Shown here piece by piece: positions 27,491 through 36,610 of a stretch of DNA of 36,610 bases. Position 1 is the stretch's first letter; each line of letters begins with the position of its first letter. The translations under genes were made by a program, and so were the position numbers. The notes beneath the pieces are model-generated. The model saw only the letters and a program-made list of their open reading frames with translations. It was not told where the DNA came from and did not search any database. The DNA is from Deltaproteobacteria bacterium. GTDB lineage: Bacteria > Desulfobacterota > Binatia > Binatales > Binataceae. The stretch lies in assembly GCA_021799555.1 (NCBI GenBank), contig JAJZAG010000001.1, positions 9,674 to 46,283 of the forward strand, given 5' to 3'.

Positions 27491-27795
27491 TGATCCGTGT
27501 GCATCCTTTGCCAGACCATATAAAATCCCGCGGAGACACCCAGGAAAACCAGCGCCGCGCTCCAGAAGACGCCACTGTGAAAATATACGTCGAGCCATCG
27601 CCCAACGAACACGCCTAATAACGGAGGCCCGACGATAGTCCATCCGAATCTGCCCATCATCGCGAGCGCGCGTCCGATCGGCCATTCGCCAGTTCGCTCC
27701 CAATAGTCGCGCCTGGCTCTTGCTCTACTTACCGCATCCGCAAGTTTGCGCTCCTCATCATCGGAAGCTTTGTTTTTTTGCTTCGGCTCTTTCAT
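27487..27795 (-). CDS. atpQ: N-ATPase AtpQ (ATPase gene 1 / AtpZ-like)
   Basis: LAMMGRFGWTIVGPPLLGVFVGRWLD with two TM helices. Canonical position after atpC. Confidence 0.85.
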   Translation of the reverse strand: MKEPKQKNKASDDEERKLADAVSRARARRDYWERTGEWPIGRALAMMGRFGWTIVGPPLLGVFVGRWLDVYFHSGVFWSAALVFLGVSAGFYMVWQRMHTDQ

Positions 27796-28226
27796 GACTT
27801 GTGCCCGAGCAGGCTCGCCGGCCGCTCGCTTGGCCGCAGATAACGATAGATTTTTTGCACGGCAGCCTCCTGGAGGCCGAACGCACCCAGCCTGGCGGCC
27901 TGTTCCGACTCCGCGTTCCTGGCCATTTGCTTGAGCACAACTTCGCGAAGATGCTGCAGGTCATTACCTACCACGGCCTCGCGGGTCGCGACCTGAACCG
28001 ACTTGCCCCCGCGTACGCGAAGCACACCGCCGCGAACTGCGGCGCAGTGCTCCGATCCCGCATCATCGCGCCAGTTCAGCACGCTGATCGTAAGCGCGGT
28101 CAAAAAATCAGCGTGCCCGGGCAAAACACCAAAAGATCCCGTCGAGTCCTCAGCGCGGACGTGGTGGACATTGTCTATATTAACCGCGATCTCGGTTGGA
28201 GTTGTGATGATCAGTCTCATTGCCAA
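27792..28226 (-). CDS. atpC: N-type ATPase epsilon subunit
   Basis: L.ITTP, GSFGVLPGHADFLTAL, AVRGGVL. Alternative start ATG 28220. Confidence 0.92.
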   Translation of the reverse strand: MAMRLIITTPTEIAVNIDNVHHVRAEDSTGSFGVLPGHADFLTALTISVLNWRDDAGSEHCAAVRGGVLRVRGGKSVQVATREAVVGNDLQHLREVVLKQMARNAESEQAARLGAFGLQEAAVQKIYRYLRPSERPASLLGHKS

Positions 28227-28229
28227 CAG

Positions 28230-29717
<1,488 letters not shown>

Positions 29718-32222
29718 TTAGTGCTGCCAAAGGATTTGTGCCGCCTCCAAAGGAATCGCGGCATCAGGGTGACGCGGTATAACACGCGGCGTGAATTCAT
29801 CGGTGCGGCGATTAGATGGCACCTGTGCCGCATAGGTCCAGCCTTTGACCGCTCCGACAAGCTCGTCGCCGCGGGTCATCTTGATTCGTTCCGGTGTGTC
29901 AGAGCCGAGCGGTTCAGCATAGAGCTCGACCTCGATCGCATTCGGATCAATGTCATCAAGGTAGAGCTGAACATGGATTAGATGATGTTCTGCGGAACTC
30001 TCGACATGAACGTTGCCAAAGTAGATCGCGGGCCAATGGCGGAAAAGCTGCTCGCGCCACGCGAGCAGCTGTTTGCCCAGGGCCGCATTGTTATCGGCGC
30101 GCTTACGGTAGGCACGTGCGGCGGGAACATAATATTGATCGGTATATTCGCGCACCGCACGATTGGCCGAAAATAAAGGGGTCAGATGTGCCATGCTCTG
30201 GCGAATTTTGGCTACCCACGCCGTCGGAATGCCGGAATCATCCCGGGTGTAGAAAGAGGGAATTACCTCTTTTTCAAGTAGCGCATAGAGTTGATTGGCT
30301 TCCGTGGCGTCCCAAACAGAGTCGTCATCGTGAAATTTTCCGTCTCCTAAAGACCATCCGACCTCCGGCGCGTAGGCTTCCGCCCACCATCCGTCCAGTT
30401 CAGAAAGATTGAGACCTCCGTTCACCAGCACCTTCATGCCACTGGTGCCACACGCTTCCCACGGACGCCGAGGCGTATTGATCCAGAGATCGACTCCATA
30501 CACCATGCGCCCGGCCAGCAGGAGATCGTAGTCACTGAGGAAGACGACGTGCTTGCGGACCTCCGGGCGCATCGCAAATAGCACCCAGTCGCGAATCATC
30601 TTTTGACCCGGAAGATCCTGCGGATGAGCCTTCCCCGCAACCAAAAGTTGCACGGGGCGTTGACCTTGGGTCAGAATTCGCACGAGCCGCTCCGGGTCGT
30701 GCAAAAGCAAATTCGGCCTCTTGTAAGAGGTAAATCGGCGGGCGAATCCGATGGTTAGCGTGTTGGGATCGAAAATCGATTCCGCGAGGGTATGATCGCC
30801 GCCAAAGTCTCGGGCCATCCTTGCACGCACATAGTTGACGAGGTCCGCCCGGTTGGACGCGCGTAACTGCCAGATCTGAGCATCGGTAACCGAGCAGATT
30901 TGCTCGCCGACTCTTTCCATCGCTCCGCGCCATCGATTCGGGCCGCAGGTTGTGGTCCATAGCTGGTCCGCGTGAGGCGAATCCCAGCTTGGTGTATGGA
31001 CACCGTTGGTGACGTGCCCTACCGGAACCTCGGCGCGAGGCCATCGTGGAAATAGCGGTTGGAATATTTCCCGGCTAACGATTCCATGCAGGCGGCTGAC
31101 GCCGTTGATTGCAGCGCTTCCATGAAGCGCAAGGTAGGCCATATTGAAGGGTTCATCGGAATTGTCGGGGTTGGCGCGGCCCAGAGCCATCAGTTCGCGC
31201 ATTGTAATGCCGAGGCGCTCTTCCGCGAATGCTTTCAGGTATTGCTCCATCAACGCCGGAGTAAACCGATCGAAGCCAGCGGAGACGGGGGTATGGGTAG
31301 TGAACAGGTTGCCAGCCCGCGTCACCGCCAATGCTGCCTCGAATGCCAAGCCGGTTTGCTCCATGAAACCGTGCGCACGTTCGAGCACGGCAAAGGCGGC
31401 GTGACCCTCGTTGAGATGACAAACTTCGGGGTTCAGTCCCAATCGCGCCAGCATGCGCCAACCGCCGATACCCAACGCGAGCTCCTGCTGAAGCCGCAAT
31501 TCTGAGCCGCCGCCGTAAAGTTCGCTGGTAATGCCGCGATAAGCGGGCGGATTGGCGGGGTCATTGGTATCGAGCAGGTATAGGGTTACGCTGCCGACCC
31601 GCGCCTGCCAGGTGCGCAGCCAAAGCCGCTGCCCCGGCAATCGAATTTCCAGGCGAAACCATTCGCCGTCTTTGTCGCGTACAGGCGAAATGGGTAACTG
31701 ACTCGGATCATTGTAGGGAAAGAGTGCAGTCTGATTTCCCGCTGCGTCGATAAATTGGCGGAAATAGCCCTGCTGGTAGAGCAGCCCAACGCCAACCACG
31801 GGTACCCCGAGATCATTGGCAGCTTTCAGTAAATCGCCCGCCACGTTGCCCAAACCGCCCGAATAAATCGGCAACGCTTCGCTGAGTCCGAATTCCATAC
31901 TGAAGTACGCAATTGCTGTGAGTTGCGCATCGGGATGTGCCTGTTTGAACCATGGCACCTGGCGGCGGTTCCTACGTTCAACCATTGCCTGAATCTGTCT
32001 GCGGTAGCCGGGATCGGCAGCCATTTTCGCGAGCTTTGTCCGTGAGACGGTTTGCAGAACCACCCATGGGTTATGCGTTAATTCCCACAGCTCAGGTTCG
32101 AGCCGGCTCCATAACTCGTCGGCGCCGTGGTCCCAGCAATTACGAAGATCGAGGGCTAATTCAGCCAATTCCTCGACGCCTTCAATATCGGGAGGCTCCA
32201 ATCCATAACCAGTTCTTACCAT
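29718..32222 (-). CDS. glgP: Alpha-glucan phosphorylase, second subfamily (DUF3417 N-terminal type)
   Basis: AYFSMEFGL, YSGGLGNVAGD, HLNEGH, FTTHTPV, FARRFTSYKR, AGKAHP and PLP motif EACGTSGMK. Confidence 0.93.
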   Translation of the reverse strand: MVRTGYGLEPPDIEGVEELAELALDLRNCWDHGADELWSRLEPELWELTHNPWVVLQTVSRTKLAKMAADPGYRRQIQAMVERRNRRQVPWFKQAHPDAQLTAIAYFSMEFGLSEALPIYSGGLGNVAGDLLKAANDLGVPVVGVGLLYQQGYFRQFIDAAGNQTALFPYNDPSQLPISPVRDKDGEWFRLEIRLPGQRLWLRTWQARVGSVTLYLLDTNDPANPPAYRGITSELYGGGSELRLQQELALGIGGWRMLARLGLNPEVCHLNEGHAAFAVLERAHGFMEQTGLAFEAALAVTRAGNLFTTHTPVSAGFDRFTPALMEQYLKAFAEERLGITMRELMALGRANPDNSDEPFNMAYLALHGSAAINGVSRLHGIVSREIFQPLFPRWPRAEVPVGHVTNGVHTPSWDSPHADQLWTTTCGPNRWRGAMERVGEQICSVTDAQIWQLRASNRADLVNYVRARMARDFGGDHTLAESIFDPNTLTIGFARRFTSYKRPNLLLHDPERLVRILTQGQRPVQLLVAGKAHPQDLPGQKMIRDWVLFAMRPEVRKHVVFLSDYDLLLAGRMVYGVDLWINTPRRPWEACGTSGMKVLVNGGLNLSELDGWWAEAYAPEVGWSLGDGKFHDDDSVWDATEANQLYALLEKEVIPSFYTRDDSGIPTAWVAKIRQSMAHLTPLFSANRAVREYTDQYYVPAARAYRKRADNNAALGKQLLAWREQLFRHWPAIYFGNVHVESSAEHHLIHVQLYLDDIDPNAIEVELYAEPLGSDTPERIKMTRGDELVGAVKGWTYAAQVPSNRRTDEFTPRVIPRHPDAAIPLEAAQILWQH

Positions 32223-32236
32223 AACTCGCTCGTTAG

Positions 32237-33418
32237 CTAATCGTGCGGAACACCAGTATATAGTGTTGAGTATACGTGCCGCGCGATCATGAGATCTTCA
32301 TTAGTGGGAATAACACGAACGATACAGCAGCCGTCTGTGGCGCTGATCGTATCGGCATTTTGCTGATTTTTCCGAGCATCAAGTACGACTCCGAGATGCG
32401 CGAGGCCATTGCAGATTTCCGCTCGCACGAGAGCGGCTTTTTCCCCGATACCGCCGGTAAACACCAGCATGTCGAGCCCGCCGAGAGCGGCCGCGAGGGC
32501 GCCAACCTGCTTACGCGCCTGATAACAAAACATCTCGATCGCCTGAGCCGCGCATGAATCCATATGACTGCGGTCAAGAAGCGTCTTCATGTCCGCAGTG
32601 ACCCCGGATACGCCAAACAATCCCGATTCGTCGTTGACAAGCCGCTCCAACGCGCGCGCGGCAAGATGCTTGTGATTGAGCAGGTAAAGAATGACGCCCG
32701 GGTCCAGATCGCCGCTCCTGGTTCCCATCATAAAGCCGCCGGTTGGCGAAAAACCCATCGTTGTATCGAGCGAACGCCCGTCTCTCACCGCCACCATGCT
32801 GGCGCCGCTACCGAGATGAGCGATAATCAGGCGCCGGGGCGGATTATCACCTAGCGTTTCCATGATGTACTCATAGGAGATGCCGTGAAACCCGTACCGC
32901 CGAATCCCTTCGTCAAACAGTCCACGCGGCAGCGCGAATCGCTCGGCCACTTCGGGCATCGCACGATGAAATGCCGTATCGAAGCACGCAACCTGCGGCA
33001 GACCGGGCGCGAGCGCGGCGATCGCTTCGATACCGGCGAGCTCATCGGGCAAATGCAGCGGTGCGAACGGGATGAGGCTTCGTAAGTTCGCGATCAGAGC
33101 GTCGCTGATCCGCTCAGGAGCTTCATGGTCAGGTCCGCCGTGGACGATACGGTGTCCGGCAGCGTCAGGTGACGGGAGGTCCAGGTGGGCCATCGCGGAA
33201 AACGCCGCCTCGAGTGCCGCGTGCGGCTCGAATATGCTGTCCCCTTCCCTCTCGAACTTTCTGCCGCTGGTGGTAACCCATAGGCGCCCTCGCAGCCCTT
33301 CGCCGCGTTCCACGCCCCCCTGTGCCATCATCGCTCCGATGCTGTTGTCGAATGCGTATAGGGCAAACTTGCGGGTGGAGGAACCGCTATTGAGACAGAA
33401 TATTATTCGCGCAGGCAT
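32237..33418 (-). CDS. ackA: Acetate/propionate kinase
   Basis: NSGSST.K, GHRIVHGG, FDTAFH, RYGFHG, HLGSGAS, MGTRSGDLDP, FTGGIGE, TNE. Confidence 0.93.
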   Translation of the reverse strand: MPARIIFCLNSGSSTRKFALYAFDNSIGAMMAQGGVERGEGLRGRLWVTTSGRKFEREGDSIFEPHAALEAAFSAMAHLDLPSPDAAGHRIVHGGPDHEAPERISDALIANLRSLIPFAPLHLPDELAGIEAIAALAPGLPQVACFDTAFHRAMPEVAERFALPRGLFDEGIRRYGFHGISYEYIMETLGDNPPRRLIIAHLGSGASMVAVRDGRSLDTTMGFSPTGGFMMGTRSGDLDPGVILYLLNHKHLAARALERLVNDESGLFGVSGVTADMKTLLDRSHMDSCAAQAIEMFCYQARKQVGALAAALGGLDMLVFTGGIGEKAALVRAEICNGLAHLGVVLDARKNQQNADTISATDGCCIVRVIPTNEDLMIARHVYSTLYTGVPHD

Positions 33419-33451
33419 GACTCAGTCTGTGTCAGTTGCGGGGTTCCATTC

Positions 33452-35851
33452 TCAATACTGCCATGTCCAGTTGGTGACTTCGGGATTGTCGATTCCGTGC
33501 TCGTATGCGTACTGAAGGTGTTCGTAGATTTGATCGGTCAACCATTTCTTGACATGCGCACCGACCGAGCGCAGGCGCGGCACGCGGTCGATTACATCAA
33601 TCACAAGATTGAAGCGATCTACCTGGTTGCTAATAGCCAGTTGCAGCGGTGTATTGATGCTGCCGAACTCCTTGTAGCCGCGCACGTGAAAATTGACGTG
33701 GTTGGTGCGCCGGTAGGCAAGCTTGTGAATCAACCATGGATAGCCGTGAAAATTAAATATGACGGGTTTGTCGATCGTGAACAGGCTGTCGAAGTCGCGA
33801 TCGCTGAGACCATGCGGATGCTCGGACGACGGCTGCAGCTTGAACAAGTCGATCACGTTAATAAAGCGAATCTTCAAGTCGGGAAAACGCTCGCGAAGAA
33901 TCGCGGTCGCTGCCAGCGCCTCGATTGTCACCACGTCTCCCGCGCACGCGATTACCACGTCTGGCTCCGCGTCTTGATCGGTACACGCCCATTCCCAAAG
34001 GCCAAGTCCCTGGGCGCAGTGCCGCTCCGCGGATTCGATATCCAGGAACTGTAGGTGCGGCATCTTGTCGGCGACGATCACGTTGACGTAGTTCGTGCTG
34101 CGCAGACAATGATCGGTAACGCTCAATAGACAATTAGCATCAGGCGGTAGATAGATCCGTGTCACCAAGGCGCTCTTGTTCGTCACGAGATCGATGAAAC
34201 CGGGGTCTTGATGGGTGAAGCCGTTATGATCCTGGCGCCAGACCGTCGAACTAATCAGTATGTTGAGAGAGGAAATCGCGGCGCGCCAAGCGACTTCGGA
34301 ACGGCACTTCTCGAGCCACTTGGCGTGCTGATTGAACATCGAATCGATCACGTGAGCGAACGCCTCGTAGGTCGAGAAGACTGCGTGCCTCCCGGTCAGC
34401 AGATATCCTTCCATCCAACCCTCAAGGGTGTGTTCGCTGAGCATCTCCATAACCCGTCCGTCGGGCGATAGCTCGCCGCCATCGTTGTCTTCGGGTTTGC
34501 GATCGGCGAGCCACGTTTTCTTGGTGGCTTCGTAGATCGCCTGGAGGCGGTTAGAAGCGGTTTCGTCGGGACCGAAGACGCGGAAGCTTGTCATGTTCTC
34601 GCGCATCACGTCGCGCAGAAAAGTTCCCATCACATAGGTGTTTTCCGCTTCGACGCGGCCCGGCTGATCGACCTTGACCGCATACTGGCGGAAATCAGGC
34701 ATGCGCAACGGCTTGCGCAAAAGTCCACCGTTGGCGTGTGGATTTGCGCTCATGCGCCGGTTCCCGGCGGGCGCGAGCTCGCGAAGGCTCGCGACAAGCT
34801 TGCCATTACCGTCGAACAGCTCCTGCGGGCGGTAACTGCGCATCCAGTCTTCCAGGATCTTGAGATGATCGGGATTGGTAGCCACATCGGCGATTGGAAT
34901 TTGATGAGCGCGCCAAAAGCCCTCGATTCGATGCCCGTCCAGCTCCTTTGGCGCGGTCCAGCCTTTTGGCGTCCGCAGTATGATCATCGGCCATCGCGGA
35001 CGGCTTGCGACGCCGCTCGAGCGCGCCTGCACCTGGATCGCGCGAATCTCGGCGAGACAGTGGTCGAGCGTGGCAGCCATCTTCTGATGCATCGCGAGCG
35101 GCTCGGCACCTTCGACTATGTAGGGGATATATCCATAGCCGATGAAGAGGCTTTTGAGTTCCTCTTCCGAGACGCGGGAAAGCAAAGTCGGATTCGCAAT
35201 CTTGTAGCCGTTGAGGTGAAGAATCGGCAGCACGGCTCCGTCACGAATCGGATTGAGGAACTTGTTGGAGTGCCACGACGTCGCCAGCGGCCCGGTTTCT
35301 GCCTCGCCGTCGCCCACTACCGGAACTACGATCAGGTCTGGATTGTCATAAGCAGCGCCATAGGCGTGCGAGATGCTGTAGCCGAGTTCACCGCCCTCGT
35401 TGATTGAGCCCGGGGTCTCGGGCGTGCAGTGGCTGCCGATTCCACCGGGAAAGGAGAACATCTTGAAAAGGCGCTTGAGACCTTCTTCGTCCTGGCTGCG
35501 GTCCGGATAGATTTCCGAATAGGTTCCCTCGAGATAAGCGTTGGCAAGAACCGCGGGCGCTCCATGACCAGGGCCCGAGACGTAGATCATGTTAAGGTCG
35601 TGAAGCCGGATCAGGCGGTTTAAGTGCACCCAGACGAAGCTCTGGCCGGGGTCCGATCCCCAATGGCCGAGCAAACGGCGCTTGATGTGCTCCGGCTGGA
35701 GCGGTGCTCTGAGCAGGGGATTGTCGCGTAAGTAGAGCATTCCAAGCGACAGGTAATTGCACGCGTGCCAATACGCATCGATATTGCGTAGCTCTTCGGC
35801 GCTGAGCGGTGCGGTCGTATCGGCGGGATCGGTTTTTGAGGTTCTGATCAT
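33452..35851 (-). CDS. xfp: Phosphoketolase (xylulose-5-P / fructose-6-P, XFP family)
   Basis: GHWG, GPGHG, EGGELGY, TPP motif GDGEAETG...[29 protein letters not shown] 35851 follows the SD-like AAGGTGGTGA (alternative GTG 35863). Confidence 0.96.
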   Translation of the reverse strand: MIRTSKTDPADTTAPLSAEELRNIDAYWHACNYLSLGMLYLRDNPLLRAPLQPEHIKRRLLGHWGSDPGQSFVWVHLNRLIRLHDLNMIYVSGPGHGAPAVLANAYLEGTYSEIYPDRSQDEEGLKRLFKMFSFPGGIGSHCTPETPGSINEGGELGYSISHAYGAAYDNPDLIVVPVVGDGEAETGPLATSWHSNKFLNPIRDGAVLPILHLNGYKIANPTLLSRVSEEELKSLFIGYGYIPYIVEGAEPLAMHQKMAATLDHCLAEIRAIQVQARSSGVASRPRWPMIILRTPKGWTAPKELDGHRIEGFWRAHQIPIADVATNPDHLKILEDWMRSYRPQELFDGNGKLVASLRELAPAGNRRMSANPHANGGLLRKPLRMPDFRQYAVKVDQPGRVEAENTYVMGTFLRDVMRENMTSFRVFGPDETASNRLQAIYEATKKTWLADRKPEDNDGGELSPDGRVMEMLSEHTLEGWMEGYLLTGRHAVFSTYEAFAHVIDSMFNQHAKWLEKCRSEVAWRAAISSLNILISSTVWRQDHNGFTHQDPGFIDLVTNKSALVTRIYLPPDANCLLSVTDHCLRSTNYVNVIVADKMPHLQFLDIESAERHCAQGLGLWEWACTDQDAEPDVVIACAGDVVTIEALAATAILRERFPDLKIRFINVIDLFKLQPSSEHPHGLSDRDFDSLFTIDKPVIFNFHGYPWLIHKLAYRRTNHVNFHVRGYKEFGSINTPLQLAISNQVDRFNLVIDVIDRVPRLRSVGAHVKKWLTDQIYEHLQYAYEHGIDNPEVTNWTWQY

Positions 35852-35978
35852 TTTCTTCACCACCTTCGCCGGTGCTCATGGCAAATGAGCCTCCGCTCCT
35901 TAAAGAATTCTCGTGAATCGCGACCGACGCAACCACTGAGAAGAGCCGCAGAAAGCGCGCTCCGGCGATGTTTGAGGG

Positions 35979-35994
35979 AGCAATCGCTATGCCG
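35979..35994 (-). promoter_or_regulatory. Putative sigma54 -24/-12 promoter for the xfp operon
   Basis: Minus strand CGGCATAGCGATTGCT has exact GG-N10-GC spacing with GGCA and TTGCT, about 130 bp upstream of xfp. Confidence 0.65.
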
Positions 35995-36051
35995 CTAGCC
36001 AAGACCAAAAACCATAGCGCGCGTAGCGTGGTTGCGGGTTTGGCAATCCAA

Positions 36052-36095
36052 CCAAACGACACAGAGCGAATTGACCGGTGTGCCCAAAAGACACA
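36052..36095. promoter_or_regulatory. Candidate activator-binding direct repeat CCAAA(C/A)GACACA x2
   Basis: Copies at 36052-36063 and 36084-36095 (32-bp period). The second lies within the near-palindrome TGTGCC-N5-GACACA (36079-36095). Confidence 0.4.
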
Positions 36096-36146
36096 TCGCG
36101 GCGCACTCGGCGGTCGGGGCTGAACGAAAAATATCGGACTACAGGC

Positions 36147-36162
36147 TGGCTCGATTTTGGCT
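36147..36162 (+). promoter_or_regulatory. Putative sigma54 promoter for the CBS gene
   Basis: TGGCTCGATTTTGGCT has GG-N10-GC spacing and two mismatches to TGGCACG-N4-TTGCW. It ends 44 bp before the ATG. Confidence 0.45.
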
Positions 36163-36206
36163 CTGAATAGGGCTGAAAGTTTTCCAAGGCATCGGAGGAT
36201 GGCGCG

Positions 36207-36610
36207 ATGAAGGTCGAAAATATGATGAATCGCGACGTTAAGAGCTGTCATCCCTATGATCGGCTGAACCGTGGCGCTCAAGTTATGTGGGAAAACACCT
36301 GTGGCGCCGTGCCGATTGTTGACGAGCAATCCCGGCCAATTGGCTTCCTGACCGACCGCGATATCTGTATGGCCGCCTATACGCAAGGCAAGCCTCTGCA
36401 GGAAATGACGGTTGACAGTGCCATGGCGCACAGGATTTTCGCTTGCCGCGCCGACGATGATCTCTCGGCCGCAATGAGGATGATGGCCGAGACCGGGATG
36501 CGCAGGCTCCCCGTAACCGGCCCAGAGGGCAAGCTCGTAGGGATACTATCGCTCGACGATCTCGCGTGCGAAGCAGGAAGAAGCCTGCGCGGAGGTGTGA
36601 ACGCTGAGTT
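36207..36610 (+). CDS. CBS-domain pair protein (3' truncated; absent from ORF track)
   Basis: GGAGG SD, then MKVENMMNRDVKSC..MWENTCGAVPIVD..IGFLTDRDI..MRRLPV..LVGILSLDDL. Open to the window end. Confidence 0.9.
   Translation, partial: MKVENMMNRDVKSCHPYDRLNRGAQVMWENTCGAVPIVDEQSRPIGFLTDRDICMAAYTQGKPLQEMTVDSAMAHRIFACRADDDLSAAMRMMAETGMRRLPVTGPEGKLVGILSLDDLACEAGRSLRGGVNAE

Noticed and set aside
26525-27703. Long N-terminal extensions of atpE, atpB and atpR in the ORF track
   Set aside because: They overlap upstream atp genes. SD sites and ATGA overlaps give starts at 26524, 27209 and 27490.
35880-36431. 279-aa minus-strand ORF 35592-36431 as a full gene
   Set aside because: Its 5' part is antisense to the CBS gene and crosses the promoter region, and its 3' part overlaps xfp out of frame.

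Overview
GC-rich bacterial chromosome segment with no rRNA, tRNA, CRISPR array, phage genes or transposase. The protein repertoire (Kelch protein with Thr/Pro tail, DUF4412-like protein, Amidohydro_2 enzyme) resembles soil Candidatus Binatota, but that assignment is only inference. Left part (1-7.6 kb): fabI 3' end, gloB, a HemJ/CopD-like membrane protein, a family I CoA-transferase, an FtsB-like protein, an unannotated 33-aa Lys-rich microprotein with its own sigma70 promoter, SD and terminator, and three envelope genes. Middle (7.7-23 kb): divergent otsB/otsA, an ABC exporter, an MFS plus Kelch pair, a GT4 plus amylo-alpha-1,6-glucosidase-family pair, glucan phosphorylase 1 and an amidohydrolase. 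Right (23-36.6 kb): one tightly packed minus-strand run xfp-ackA-glucan phosphorylase 2-atpDCQRBEFAG (a complete N-type ATPase with H+-type c and a signatures), preceded by a sigma54-like promoter and divergent from a CBS-domain gene truncated by the window edge. The best candidates for new biology are (i) this putative glucan-to-acetyl-phosphate-to-ATP-to-proton-pump stress operon and (ii) the basic microprotein/structured-RNA locus at 3.58-4.13 kb.
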